From Octopus vulgaris (lineage: Eukaryota): a stretch of DNA of 64,000 nucleotides. A program made the translations under genes and the position numbers. Where the stretch lies: positions 45,818,001 through 45,882,000 of the forward strand of contig OX597820.1 of assembly GCA_951406725.2 (NCBI GenBank), given 5' to 3'. This document shows positions 1 to 14,095 of this stretch, one piece after another; position 1 is the first letter of the stretch, and each line of letters opens with the position of its first letter. A model generated the notes under the pieces. The model was not told where the DNA came from and made no database searches. It saw only the letters and a list, made by a program, of their open reading frames with translations.

Positions 1-262
1 ACATTGCTTCAACTTATCCATAGATATCATTTTCTTCTTTTGTAAGACCAACAAGTAGAGGGATAACGCGGTAAAGGAAGACATGTCCTTAGGTATAAGG
101 ACAAGTTGACGCAATCACTAAAATCTCTACAACTTAATTTGACATCTTGGGAAAGTTTTGCCTAGAGCGATCTTCATGGCATCAAATCTGTTATGATGCA
201 TCAAAACAATTTGAGTTGAAGAAAGAGAGCAAGAAGAGAAAATATCCTGCAATCAACAGACA
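1..262 (+). mobile_element. 3' end of degenerate RTE-type LINE ORF
   Basis: Translates with frameshifts as G*RGKGRHVLRYKDKLTQSLKSLQLNLTSWES...RSSWHQICYDASKQFE, the typical RTE C-terminal G.R..GRP..RYKD...WE...DR..W pattern. Confidence 0.7.
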
Positions 263-273
263 TATTTGTCTAA

Positions 274-668
274 TCTTTATATATAAAAGTAAGGTTGTGT
301 GTTGTCTGTCTCCTACGATTTAGATTCCTAACTACTCCCACATTTTGCGGTGCAGTTTAACCAAAACCGGTTATCTTATAGTCGTGATTCATATCGAGCC
401 CTTCTGTGTATTAGCGCGCGTCTACGATGAGTCTACGATTTAAAAAAAATTTACCATCAATTTTTCCCATTTTAATGCATTTTTGGCATATATAAGGGAA
501 GTAACTCTCTAAAAATTTATTAAATCTCAGAACGTAAAAAGCTACAGTAACCCCCCCCCCCCCTTAGTGGTTAGCCATATTGAGATGGCTATTATACTTT
601 ACATCTCTAAAAATGCATAGATAGTTATTTCCCTTACAAACCCGAGCAACGCCGGGCGATACTGCTAG
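274..668 (+). mobile_element. Non-autonomous Helitron
   Basis: 5' a|TCTTTATATATAAAAG; 3' hairpin CCCGAGCAACGCCGGG followed by CTAG|t. Confidence 0.8.
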
Positions 669-831
669 TCCTATATAAAATTAAAATTATCGGGGTCTCC
701 ATTGTGACTTCAATGTAAAATCCAAACCAGAACTCAAATTACATTCACGCATCCATCGCAAATAGACGTAGGGTAGGGCAGAATTCGTGACAGACGAACT
801 GTAGACAGAGGCTTCGCTACGGGCCAGCTAG
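669..831 (+). mobile_element. Second short Helitron-like element abutting the first
   Basis: Starts TCCTATATAAAA; ends with GGCTTCGCTACGGGCC hairpin + AGCTAG. Confidence 0.5.
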
Positions 832-1411
832 CAAAAGAAAAGGGACTTTCGGGAGAAGAAGGAAAATAAAAAAGAATGTCAACAGTGATTGTGAAACGAA
901 TCTGAGTGAACTAAACAGAAATAACTGACGACTTAAGCCCTGATGTACGTAAAGTAATAAACCTTTGATAAATGTATTCTCGTCTCCATTAGTTTGTTTG
1001 CGTATAGCTTAACAAAGTTATAGTAAGTTTCTTTTATTTTAAAAATCCTTTCTTTTAAACAGACATACGTCGAAATCAACAGGAGTGACCATCACACACA
1101 CACGAAGAACAGTAGCGTAGCTAGGAGTGGACAAGGTGGGGGGGGGGGGTAACTTTTGGGTTTGCTGTACAAGGTTATATATAGGAGGCATGAATGGATG
1201 GGGGAGACGTTGGGCAGCAAACTCAAGGGCTCCCTCGGGTGGCACATACTCTAGCTACAACACTGATGAAAGCATGGCTGGTTGGTTAAGAAGTTTGCTT
1301 TGCAACCACGAAGTGACTCCTTCGGCAAGTGTCTACTGCAGTAACCAAACGTAAAATTGTCCATTCGGGGGTTTCATATATGGAAACTGTGCGTAAACCT
1401 ATAGTTATATG

Positions 1412-1833
1412 GGATCTTTTCGGTTTGAACGGCAGTTTTTAACATAATTTCTAGGTAACTAAAAAATTTAAAACTTCATATACTGGTAAAATGTGTTTAT
1501 AAAACATCTTTTTCTCTTGGCTTTATGGAGAAAATTCTATTGTTTGTAAGATATTTGTTGTTGTTTTTCTTCAATTTCTGCAATTTCAACCAATCAGTGA
1601 AGTCTATTGAGGTAAAAAAACATTCTGTGCCGTATGAATATGTCCCTCGTTTAAGAAACAGATTGGGTTTATTTACATTTGTGAAGAAAAAAAGATACCC
1701 TTCCCCCCATCCCTAACTAACTCAAACCCTAAAACAGATTGAAATGCAATAGATCGATACTAGGGTCATAATTATGGGTGACAATTTCATATGACACCGC
1801 TAGAAAAAACTGCCGTTCGAACCGAAAAGATCC
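1412..1833. mobile_element. MITE with ~29-bp TIRs and 8-bp TSD (Merlin-type), inserted in a SINE
   Basis: TIRs GGATCTTTTCGGTTTGAACGGCAGTTTTT / AAAAACTGCCGTTCGAACCGAAAAGATCC; TSD GTTATATG at 1404-1411 and 1834-1841. Confidence 0.85.
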
Positions 1834-2199
1834 GTTATATGTGTGTGTGTGTGTCTTTGAGTTTGTCTCTCACTGCTTCGCAATTGGTGTTTGTTTGTTT
1901 ACGTACCCAGCAAAAAAGTGACATTTAAAATTATGACCTGACTTAGTCAATTTGATTGAACCGCTCAGGTGGCGTCTCAGCATAGCCGCAATCTAAAGAC
2001 TGGAACAAGTCTGGTTGAATAAATCGTCGGGAGAAACTTGAAGGTCCACTCAAAACGAATTTGTTTATAAATTTGATTCTACTTTTAGTATATTGAGTCT
2101 CCACCCACTAAATGTTCTGCTCTTATGATTCTTTAAAAATGATCACACCCACACACTATTTATAATCTGTATGCATGATTGTGTATCTGTGTTGGAACA

Positions 2200-3300
2200 T
2201 TCACTTAGTAAACGGAAAGAAAAGGCGTGCGAAACTTATCGATAAAAGAGGTAATGTGTATAAAAAAAAAAAAAAAAAAATTGCCATTCCCGTTAACTAA
2301 TACAGGTATTATTACACACCTCAATTCAAGAAGGAGCGAGTAATTAATGTTTCCATCGAAGTTTACATTAATAACTACGAACACTGTTTGGGAAATTCTT
2401 AGAAGTTGAATTTTCTGTAATTTCATTACGGAAAGCGTACTTCAAATTAATGCAGTGCACAGGAACAAATAATTTCGAATACTTCGGTTATTTAAAATTT
2501 AAAATGTTTACTGTTACAATGAATAGCTGCTTGTCTGATGAGTTCAACCATCTCAAAAATTACTTTTGATGACTTAACAATTCCTTGGAAGTTTTAGGAT
2601 TTTACTTTAGAAAGAAAATTTAAAGAGTAAAATTTGTGGAAACTAAAATGCTTTTTCTCTTCGAGACAAGCACCAGACTGTAAATATTGACTTCTGCTTT
2701 GATAAAGGGCAAGCACTATTCCCATTTCGCATAAAATCAAATAATTATTCCAGTAAATCACCAGTAGTTATCTATCAGCAGACAAGTAAAAATAAAAAAT
2801 CTATATCGATAAGACTAGAACCCAAAATCTTGCAGTTCTCCGTTTTCGATCTTGCAGCTGAGCTAACATCTAATATCAATAACGGAGATTCTTCTCATTA
2901 ATTGTTAGAGTTGTATTTAAAATTATGAAATAGCCAGAATACGCTTTCATTTTTAAATATAGATACTGGATTAACGCAATCTTTGCTTTGAATGCAAAAT
3001 AAATATTTTTTTGAGTGTTTGTTATGTGACCCGGTCAGGTGAGACCGAGCCCGGACCGGATGTAGAGTTGCTATTTTCCTAAGCGACCTGTCAGCTACAA
3101 GATGGCGGCATCGTTGGAGCAGTATGTGACGACCGTAACTCATCTATCAGAGCAAGGTGAGAATTTCAACGTCGTTGTCCTTTCTTTTATTTACAAACTA
3201 AAGAGACATCAGTCTCATTCGAACAAATCCCCATGACTGTCATTTTCTATATAAATGCGATCTATAAAGCAGCTGAGCGACGAAAGCCTCAATTTCACCC
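2200..3300 (+). promoter_or_regulatory. COPS3 promoter/5' region: CpG-retaining, two DRE-type TATCGATA sites (2237-2244, 2804-2811), YY1-type AAGATGGCGG over the ATG
   Basis: Motifs read directly; dense CpGs at 3030-3135 (ccggtcaggtgagaccgagcccggaccgg). TSS not determinable. Confidence 0.55.
3102..3156 (+). CDS. COPS3: COPS3 exon 1 (MAASLEQYVTTVTHLSEQ G)
   Basis: caagATGGCG start; donor G|gtgag at 3157; 55 nt. Confidence 0.95.
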
Positions 3301-5747
3301 ACCTCACTGTGCTTTATTATATACAAAACGATGTGGATTTTTTTTTTATTACCAGCTTCACAGAATAGACGAGAAAGACAAAGGGTTAGGTAGGAAGATA
3401 CCGGGAGATCTAGATGTAGATAAATAAATAGATAGATAAGACTATATAGATTACTAGATACAGATATAAGCATTAGATTTATGCATATGGACACAGAACA
3501 TGAAATAAATACGATATAAGGGCTGATAGGTAATATATTGAGTCATACAAATAGATATACAACAACAATAATGATGATAATAATTATATAAATATAATAT
3601 ACAGATGAATTGATAAATAGTAAGGGAGCAGACAGCTAGATTGATAAATCTATTGATGCTCTGTCTGTCTCTTACACACACACACACACACACACCCGTA
3701 ATAAGTTATGGTAAAATCAAACTGAGATAGATAAATAAATATCGTAAAAATAAAAATAGGCCTGCATGTATACCTTTGTTAGTCCGGCTACTGACCATCT
3801 ACTGTCCCTATTGGAATTTTTTTCTGTTTTAATTATGATTACTAACGCCTATACTGTCGAATGCTTCGGAGTAGTTTCAATTTGCGATCGAGTTCCACTC
3901 GAATCCACACGAAAGGCACACGTAGATTACAAACTCCTCTTTTATTCCATCGCCACCAAAATTCTGACATTTGTGTCTCTCTCACCCTTCTCTTTGCCGA
4001 CCGATTTATTTACACCTTCTGTTTCTAAGTTCTGATGTCATTTTTATAACTGCAGTATTTTTGATATTTTCTCACCCTTTCTTCTTAATTAATACTTGGC
4101 ACCTTCCACCTATATCTTTTATTTGTTTTGAGTCACTGCTTAAGCTTTTCTACCCGACTTCGATTCTTTGTTGTTCGAAATTAAGATTTACTTTGTCGAA
4201 TCACTCATAACTTTTATATCATATTATCTAATATGATATATATTTATTTATTGTACGTGTGTAGGTTATTCCTGTTATTGTTAGAGAGGGATGGGTGCTA
4301 ATTTAAAATGACTTTAGTACATGATTTGGTGCTACTTATTGATATCTCGGAAGAACATCACCGAAATCTGAACTCAATATAACGATGATCTGCAAGTCTG
4401 GTACTCTACCGTTTTTCTCTCTTCACCACTCAAATCGTGTACATTAGTATTATATTTCTTACTGGTTTCGGTTTTTGAATTGCAACCGTGCTGGGAGAAC
4501 ACTGCTTTCATGAATTTTAGTCGTGTTTATCGATCCTAGTTATTTTGTGTTGTACATATTTTATTGATATCTTTTTGTCGAATGACTAAGTCCACCTTGG
4601 CATAAAGGGATGTAATTCGAATATCACATTTTTTGTTTGACTCGCCTGTTTATTAATGCAGTTTCTCTAATACACATGCACATGATGGGCTTCCGCACAG
4701 TCTCCATCTACCAGATTTCACTTGGAAGGGAAAAAACTAGAACGATGTAGAGAAAGGTATCACTTTATTCATGTTGGAGACGATCTCCCTAGTACCTGTG
4801 GTGCAATAAATTGTGCGTATGCCATTGCCCTTGAGAAAGCAGTTAATATTGTGGAATGGTGTCCAGCTATAAAAAACTGCAAAACAAAAAAAAGGTTGTG
4901 TGTGAACTGTGCAATCAGTAACACATACAAGCCCCAAATGGGGGAAGAGAACCATCAATCAGTTGGAAGAATATTTTTTTGTCCTGTTAGACAAGTGTCT
5001 ATGACACAATAAAGTGCTCCCAGTCCACACTTTTAGGTGGTTCATGCAAAGAAAGACCTCCAATTGTAAAAACTATGCTTAAAAACCTGACATACAGTAG
5101 AAATGCCACCTTTTCTTTGTTGCTATGTGTGTGTGTGTGTGTGTGCCAAGTGTTGAAGAAGTGAAGTGAGTGGAGAGATGCAGTGACTTGCGTCGGTGAT
5201 GTTGTCATGGGAAAATGGACTTGAAAATTATGATCAATGCATTGGCTCATAGACTAAGGTGCAATGCAGTGGAATTGAACTTGAAGCTATGCAGGTGCAA
5301 AGCAAATGTCTTTACTACACAGATATTGTTGTTTAACCCATAAGCATTTAAATTGGCCATATCCAGCCAAAATATTCTTTACTACTCTAGGCACAAAGCC
5401 CAAAATTCTTGGGGAGGGGGCCAGTCAATTAGATCAACCCCAGTATGCAACTGGTACTTAATTTATTGACTCTGAAAGGCTTATAGATGTAGGTAAGTAC
5501 ATATTCATATGTATATATATTATTATTATATGATTGAACGCCACACATCCTCTTCCAAGTAACGTTTATATATATATATATATATATACACTCTCGGAGT
5601 GGTTGAAGTTAGGAAGGGCATCCAGCTGTAGAGACACTGCCAGATCAGACTGGAGCCTGGTGCAGCCTTCTGGCTTCCCAGATCCCCGGTCGAACCGTCC
5701 AACCCATGCTAGCATGGAGAACGGACGTTAAACGATGATGATGATGA

Positions 5748-5781
<34 letters not shown>

Positions 5782-8309
5782 CCTCACTATGGCTTAAGTC
5801 AATGTGGTATCCTTCAAAATGAGAACTTGATCATTGCATGACTTAAAACCTCTGTATTTGTAAATTACTGACAAATGTGTTAACAGAGACAATACTGGGT
5901 GTGCTATTGCAGACTCATTTAGTTTATGATGAGGATGATATTTAAATACTGAAGTTTGAAATTAAGGTTCTTTAAACAACCTTAATGTTGAAGTAAAATA
6001 ATAATAAGGAAGAAAGAAAAAAGACATAGCTTGATGGAACATTAGTTTTGGTATTGCCTTTAGTTTGCAAAGCAATAGTAATAGGATTGGTGGAAACAAC
6101 TACTATGTGAAAGCTTATTTTTGATCCTCTTATTTGCTGAGAAGTCAGGAAGGTGATAGAAAGATGCATTGCTGTATTAACTGAGAATTGAGATGCATGG
6201 CATGCAGTTTCTGTTTATATTAATATGTGATGTCATGGCAACAATATTTTTGGTGTAACATTAACAAGAAAAGTTTGGAAAAGAAACAAGAACTGTTGTC
6301 TGCCATTTGTTAACCTCAAAAGGTTGTTGATGTGGTTTCATGTTTTGAAACCTGGTGAGCAGTGTGAAAGCTTGGTGTAAATGAAAGTCTTATAATAGAT
6401 GCCTTCCTCTCTACTGAAGCCTCACTCAGTTGATGGGGACCTTTTGTCATGCAAGCTGCATGGTGACCTCAAAAGTGCTGGTGTCATGTAAAAGCACCCA
6501 GAATATGCTGTAAAGTGGTTGGCATTAGGAAGGGCATTTAACCATAGAAACCGTGCCAAGCAGACTTTTGAGTACAATGCAGTCTTCAGATCCTGAGGAT
6601 TTTGACGTTCAGTCCTTTTACATAAAAGGGCTCATTTTACATAATAAAATTTCTCATACATTACTTGATGTCTCTTTAAATTTTCTACATTCATTATGCC
6701 TGTGTTTCACAGTCATAGATTACACTTTTAACATGTAACACATTGAGTACAAAGAAAAATTGTTTGTAGAAATTATCTAACACATACAGCAATATGAATT
6801 GATTAATTTTAATCATCATCATCATCATCGTTTAACGTCTGCTTTCCATGCTAGCATGGGTTGGGCGATTTGACTAACAGTATATTTCTATGATTGAATT
6901 AATTGCTAAGATTTTTCACTTTAAAGCCATATTAGACATTACAAAAACCTAATCCTCTTGAGATAGGCCAATTGACAGGGTCTAAACCATGTAGCTACCA
7001 TTTGCTGTGTGACCAGGTTACCAACTTCACTACAAAGTATCTACCTATCTCCCTATCTTTCATCCAATATCCTATGCACTATTATATATAGCTTTATCTA
7101 TATATTCCTGAAAAAATAAATTCTGTTAATTCTTCCCAGACCTTACTGAATTCCAGGTGAAGCTCATCATCATCATCATCGTTTAACGTCCGTTCTCCAT
7201 GCTAGCATGGGTTGGACGGTTCGACCGGGGATCTGGGAAGCCAGAAGGCTGCACCAGGCTCCAGTCTTATCTGGCAATATTTCTACAGCTGGATGCCCTT
7301 CCTAACGCCAACCACTCTTGAGTGTAGTGGGTTCTTTTTACGTGCCACCTGCACAGGTGCCAGGCGAGGCTGGCAACAGCCACGGTCGGATTGGAATAAA
7401 ACTGAGTTTCTTATTCTTTCAGAATGTGAAAACTTGCAAGTAAGAGGTGTTAGTGGTCCAAACCAGGCAGCATCTAATCTAGTGATTTGATATGAATTAG
7501 GACCATGTGCTGGGAATAAACTTGTGAGCTAGGGTTAAGATAGGAAACCACAGACCTATTGCAATTTAGGAGGTGATCATATGTTAGTAAAACTTTCATA
7601 TGTGGAATGAAAATTTGTTAAGACTAAGTGATTGTCTAAAGGGAAACCGAATACCAAAGACCTTTTGATGATGGAAATATACTGGTGTGTTGCAATGAAA
7701 ATGATTGCTGAGTCCCTACATTACATAAAATATGACCATCATTTATATCACATGATATAGGAACTCTCCTTCTCTCTCTCTCAGCAACATCAAACTTTAC
7801 CCTTTGTTGCCATATTTTTGTTGAAATATACTGTCTTTGTTTCAATTAATTTTGAAAATAATGAAGAGTCTCATAAAATAACTTAGTCGCTAATTAAACT
7901 AGCATTTGGCACATAAATTAACATCAAATTTTTATGTAAGGTTCTAGTTTAGAACACTTTAAAACAGAGGTGGTCTTTGGATTGGTATCAAAAGGGTTAA
8001 TGACATGATGTACAACTATTTCCTTGGCACTGAACCTTTGTAAGCATATTTATTATAAGTCAGTATTGTTAAAAATATAACTAAATATAGGCACAGACAT
8101 ATGACTTAGAAGTTTGCTTCTTTGTAACCACATGGTTTTGAGTTCAATTTTAACTACATGACACCTTAGGCAAGTGTTTTCTCTATAACTCTGGGCTGAC
8201 CAAAGCCTTGTGAGTGGATTTAGTAGGCGGAAACTGAAAGAAGCCACATCTATTGCATACAAAGTCTTCTGTCAGCTTGTTTCATATCTTACTGCAGCTC
8301 CTGTGTGCC

Positions 8310-11300
8310 ATAGTTGATGTTTAGTACACATTATAAAGTTCCTATCCTTTTTCTGTGTGTTAACTATAGCCTTTTACCTGATACCAGTAGAGTTTTGTTT
8401 TCTTTCTTACTAATTAAAACTTTTATCTTTGCAAAGTTTATATTTAAGCCTCTCAGTTCTAAACCCTGCTTCCACATTTGGAACCTTTCCTCTAAATCTG
8501 TGACTGATTGGTTTTGCTATAAAAAGTAGATAGTCATCATACAAGAGTTCCCACAGAGAGTTGGTCTTGAATTCCTCCACTATGACCTGGAGAATTGTGA
8601 TAAACAAGATTTGAACCCTGATGGACACCTACTTGCTGTTGTTTTTCTTCTGTTCATTGGTAACTCTCACTTTACTGACAGATGCTCTGTAAAAAGCTTA
8701 CACAACTCTCACAAACCATTCATAGACACTCAGTTTTTATTGATGAACACCACACTACAGAGTGTGAAACTCTGTCAAAGGTCTTTTCCAGGCCAACAAA
8801 TGTAAGCTGTAATGGTTTGCTTTTTTGGGTAAGAATTTCTCTTGTAGCCATCTCACTAAAAAAAGAATATGTTAGTGGTAACCACTCTTGGCAAAAACTG
8901 CATTTTATCTTAGTTCTCTCTCTCACTTGCTGCTCAATAACTATTACTTGCTTCACTTAGTCCTGAAATTCAATCCCTTTGTAAATGATCTTTTTTAAAT
9001 TATCTCCTTTGCCCTTGTAGCTGTTGATGATGTTACTCTGTCAGTCATTGGTGTTGACACCTTCTTGAGCTATTTCATTAACTGTGCATGTGATTAGTGT
9101 GTATCCTTCTTTGCCAGATATACTTTTCATCTCAATAACTGTTTCTGGTGGTTCTGCTGCTCTCCTTGCCTTCATATCCTCAATGGCCCTTTTGACCATA
9201 TAGCAGTCGATACATAGTTTGTCTCTCTATTGGCTCTGCTTAAAATAGCCCCTCTGTCTAGCATACATTCTCCTCATACAGCAACTATTCATAGCAGCAT
9301 TCCCATGCCTTTTCTTATGCACTTTCCTCCATTGTCCTGACTCACTCTGACGCATTGTCTCACAGTTTGGACCATCTTGTGACTGTTCTTTATGGCACAC
9401 AATATTGACAAATGACAAATCTTTTACTTTCATCTTATTTCCTTATAACTGGCATCTAACTTCTTTTCTAGCTACCTGAAATTGTTTTTTGCTCCTCTCT
9501 TCCTTTCATCCTTTCCCTAGCCTGTCTTTTAACATTTACATCTCCGTCTACTGTGTTATTCCACCACCATGTCACCTTCTGTTTGTGTAGAACCTTGCAT
9601 CATCCACAGATCTGATCTTACAGCTTGTAGCAGCTTATCTTGCAGAAACACCCAATTATCTTCTATTATACTTCTCTCCTTGTCCAGTAGTAAAGCCCTG
9701 GTTTAGAAGTTCCAGAGTTTTAAGGAGTATGGCATCACCTCCTTAACCCAGAGTGGTAGCATCTGTCATGGTCCCAGCTATTGGTTAAATAGCTTGTAAT
9801 CACCAGAGCCAGGTCATGTTAAAATCATGAGATGCAGCATGGTAGATGCAAACTGTTTAAGCAAATGAATTTTACTGAATCAATGGCAAATATTAGATGT
9901 TGTGCCTATAAACAGACAAAAATCTGTCACAGACTAGGATCAATTGATTCAGTCAGTGAACTACTGCTATCATCTGCAGTCATAGCATACACAGCTGAGA
10001 TATTTCAGCCAGTGAAAGACCAATGTGACTAAAACCCAAGTCGGATATTCATGTTGCATCACTTGGTCAGAAGTTGCAATGGTCCAGGCAAGCTGCCAGA
10101 CTTGATGATTATGATGATAGCGATGACTTCTTCTTTACATCCTAGGCTTCACCATGTACATCTTGGAAGCAATATATAGTGGAAAGATTTTTCAGATTCT
10201 GTACCTTCCTTATCTATCTCTCTTATTCCATCTAATGCTTCTTTCTGCAGCCACTAATCATTGGTTAAGGATGGATAGTATATTCACAACCAGTTTATGC
10301 CAGTCTGACTTGTGGGTTCATTTGTGTGGTAGGTGACCTGGTGGTTAGCTGGTTTCCTGAAGATAGTGTTGCAAATAACTAAGTTATTACAATATAAAAT
10401 TTGAAGAGGCTTGACTTCTTTTTATTTCTTGTATTATAGCCATAGCTGACATCTACACTAGAGTAGCCATCCTGTTGTTGTCCAACATATCTAATAAAGG
10501 TGCCAGCTATGATAATGAAGTTACTCTCATCTATTACCAAGGTAGTCAGTGAAAGGACTTCACAGAAACAATCCTTTTGTTCATCTGACACTTATGATTA
10601 TGACAGAGATCACTTTTGGTCTTATGTTGCCATGACTAGTCTAAACTTAATTATTCTGTCACTCTAACTACCTCAATTATTCTAGCCATTTCTCTGCTGA
10701 CAATATACCTACTCTAGACGTAGAATTTGTAATATTGGCCGAGTGTCTCCTACTATAGTTCCAGACCAACTAAGGCTTAATGAGATTTGGTTGACAGAAC
10801 CTGAAAGAAGCTTACCACAGAAAATGTATTTCACCAAATTCTGTCTGACTCCTGTAAGCATGGAAAAGTGGATGTTGAAACTATGATGATGTTCCTTGCT
10901 TGTGAAGAGCCTGGCTGAGACACACCTCCATCTTACAGGACACTTCAACATGTCTCTGCTTTAGCATCTCTGTAACTTCTCCAAACCTAGTTTTTAACCA
11001 TGCTAATGTCAATGGCAGCAGCTGTAAGGTTTCCACCATCAGAGTTTTCAGTGGTGGGCATGTGTGATAGTGGGTGAGCTGCTTGATGTATGTGTGTGCA
11101 CCTGATGGTAGAGACTTGTTGACCCAAGTCATTATAGTTGAGGGGGGTATTCACACCTAACTGCCCCTCTACTGTGCATGTCACTGGTCCCACTGATGCA
11201 GTTGATGCATTTCCTTCAATTCTGTGAAAGGTAAATATTTCTGGCATGATATTTACCTTTGGCTGCTTTATATCTGTTGCCAACTACTTTATAACATGGA

Positions 11301-11830
11301 CTGGCACATTTTATCATGTCACTGGCACTAGAGAGGTCTCTCAGATGATACTGTCCTCTTTACACAATCAGTCTTACAGTTATTACTCTCCTTAGTGGGT
11401 TGCCTTCACTACAATATGTTGAATACACATCTTCTCCATATGATTAGGGCAGGACCGTTTTTTTGTATATTTTGGGTTGTTTGGAATACTTCTTTCCTAG
11501 ACAGGCCTCTACAACTCAAAAGCCTTGTCTCCCTATGATGTAGGGAAGGGATTAAGTTACCAATGGTGCTCACAGTGGTAGTCTAATGCTCTTATGGATA
11601 AAGGTTGTCTCTGTGATGTAAGATGGAACTTGGTTGTCAAGAGAATTTGTGATAGTGGGCTAAGGCATAGAAGTTCTCCATTATTTATCTAAGGGAAGGA
11701 GGAGCTTAGAGATGTAATGTAGAGTAGCTGGGAATGAGGTTGCCTCCATAAGGCTACATAGATCAGACTGTTTAACTGCCAAGGGAACCTATTGTGATAG
11801 TTAAAAGGTGGCTGGGTCTACTAACCAGCT
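8310..11830 (-). mobile_element. Old, near-full-length degenerate RTE LINE in intron 1
   Basis: Minus-strand fragments with endonuclease-like (10379-10591) and RT-like motifs (QEWLPL...TFVGLEKTFDRVSHSVVW; VIVEEFKTNSLWELLYDD) that parallel the younger copy at 23-25.5 kb. Confidence 0.7.
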
Positions 11831-11954
11831 TTGTGGATTAGTTTTATCAACGTTCTGCATAAATAATAATTGTGATAACAAATATGAAAATGTTTGTCTT
11901 TGTGTTAGTTTTGAAATTCTGCAAACTTTCTTAAATTGCACATGTATATAATAT

Positions 11955-12255
11955 AAGGCACCATTCAAGCGTGATCGTTACCAGCATCGCCTTACTGGCA
12001 CCTGTGCTGGTGGCATGTGTAAAAAGATTCGAGCGAGGTCGTTGCCAGTACCGCCTGACTGGCCCCTGTGCCAGTGGCACATAAAAGCACCCACTACACT
12101 CTCGGAGTGGTTGGCGTTAGGAAGGGCATCCAGCTGTAGAAACTCTGCCAGATCAAGATTGGAGCCTGGTGCAGCCATCTGGTTTGCCAGCCCTCAGTTA
12201 AATTGTCTAACCCATGCTAGCATGGAAAGCGGATGTTAAATGATGATGATGATGA
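11955..12255 (+). mobile_element. RTE 3'-end/SINE-like copy with (GAT)n tail, ~70 nt upstream of exon 2
   Basis: gtggttggcgttaggaagggcatccagctgtagaaac...cccatgctagcatggaaagcggatgttaaatgatgatgat, matching the 3' end of the RTE at 22963. Confidence 0.85.
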
Positions 12256-12326
12256 TATAACATGCATATAAATGTATATTCTTATAAATGCCTCAACTTA
12301 CATACATGCATATTTTCCTTTTTTAG

Positions 12327-12456
12327 GCAATTTTGCCAAACTCTGTGAGTTTATCAACAAAAGTACTGACTTTTTAGCAAAGAATTCCAGTCATCTTGAC
12401 AACGTGATTGCTACATTAGACTGCCAGAAACATTCGTTTGGAATCTTGGGCATTTT
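12327..12456 (+). CDS. COPS3: COPS3 exon 2 (GNFAKLCEFINKS...SFGILGIL)
   Basis: ttttag| acceptor, |gtaagt donor; 130 nt; lies in ORF 12272..12460. Confidence 0.95.
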
Positions 12457-12861
12457 GTAAGTGAATTTATTTTTTTTTGTGTGTTCAATTATTCATTACA
12501 ATATTATTATAGATAATTTTTGATTTGATGTTAGTTAATCTGAACATGGGACCCACCCAGAGCTTTCCTTAGTTTTCCTATCACCATTGGTGATGATAAT
12601 TTTGTGATCTGTTTTATTAATGCAGTTAGTGGTGGGCTAGATCTTGTGTAAAAGTTATTTGTTAACTCTTTAACATTTAAACCAGCCATATCTTGCCCAA
12701 ATATTCTACCTGTTTTATGTCCAAACTAGCCTGCTTCTGCCTCTAGCATCTACCTTACAATATCATTCTAAAAGTAAACAGTCACATCATTGAGATTTCT
12801 AAGGTACCAGACAATGCATGATTAATTCAAAACAATGTGAATAAACATATGCATTACATCT

Positions 12862-13268
12862 TATTTCTTTATTGCCCACAAGGGGCTAAACATAGAGGGG
12901 ACAAACAAAGGGATTAAGTCGATTACATCGACCCCAGTGCGTAACGTACTTAATTTATCGACCCCGAAAGGATGAAAGGCAAAGTTGACCTCAGCGGAAT
13001 TTGAACTCAGGACGTAGCGGTAGACGAAATACCTATTTCTTTACTACCCACAAGGGGCTAAACACAGAGAGGACAAACAAGGACAGATAAACAGATTAAT
13101 TCGATTATATCGACCCCGTGCGTAACTGGTACTTATTTAATCGACCCTGAAAGGATGAACGGCAAAGTTGACCTCGGCGGAATTTGAACTCAGAACGTAA
13201 CGGCAGACGAAATACCGCTAAGCATTTCACCTGGCGTGCTAATGTTGCTGCCAGCTTGCCGCCTTTTT
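12862..13268 (-). mobile_element. tRNA-derived SINE (family B), partial+full tandem dimer, inserted in a piggyBac-type MITE
   Basis: Two copies of the cctttcatcctttcggggtcgat core; 15-bp TSD ATATGCATTACATCT at 12847-12861 and 13269-13283. Confidence 0.85.
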
Positions 13269-14095
13269 ATATGCATTACATCTGACAGTAATCTGAATGC
13301 TAAATAAGGAGAAATCTAGATTCTGGCATAGGGTTGTCACAGACATAGTAGGATGCAGAACAAAATTTTTTACAGTATTTAGTTACATTCTTGTATGTTT
13401 TGAGTTCAGATTCCTCCAGGATCCTTCCTGGGTCAATAAAATAAGTGTTGTCAAGTAACTAGATCAATTCAGTCAACTATATTCTCCCTTGAAAGACATT
13501 TGTGGCAGTGTGCCTTCTGTTAGGAATCATCATTGTTACTATTATTAGTTAAGGCAGTGGATTAGCAGCAGTGCTGGAGTGTCAGATGAAATGTATTGCC
13601 AGATTTATTTTGGCTCTTTATATCTTGCAGAGGTCAACTATGCTTTAATCCTTTCAGCTTTATTGTTCAATTTTGTATTTGAAAAAGACAGCGTATTTTA
13701 ATCTGTGACACTCCTTACTAATTTTTTTTTAACTAACATGTCCACAACTTTATTAAAATTTTTATCAATGGGAGTGGTTGGCGTTAGGAAGGGCATCCAG
13801 CTGTAGAAACACCGCCAGATCTGACTGGCCTGGTACAGCCTTCGGGCTTCCCAGAGCCCAGTTAAACCGTCCAACCCATGCTAGCATGGAAAGCGGACGT
13901 TAAACGATGATGATGAAACAACTTATGAGAAAGTGTTGTAAATCTGGCACATATGCAGTGCCTTTCCATTTGGTGTTGATAAAAATCTTGAAGATGTGAA
14001 ATTATGTTCATGTTGTTACCGTTGCTTGTTATATCACACATAACTTATCTTCTATCTGTTTGTTTATGTTTTCTGATCTTTTACTTCCTTTTAAG

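Noticed and set aside
2898-3143. Antisense ORF overlapping COPS3 exon 1
   Set aside because: No recognisable protein features or splice partners; shadow of the CpG-rich first exon.
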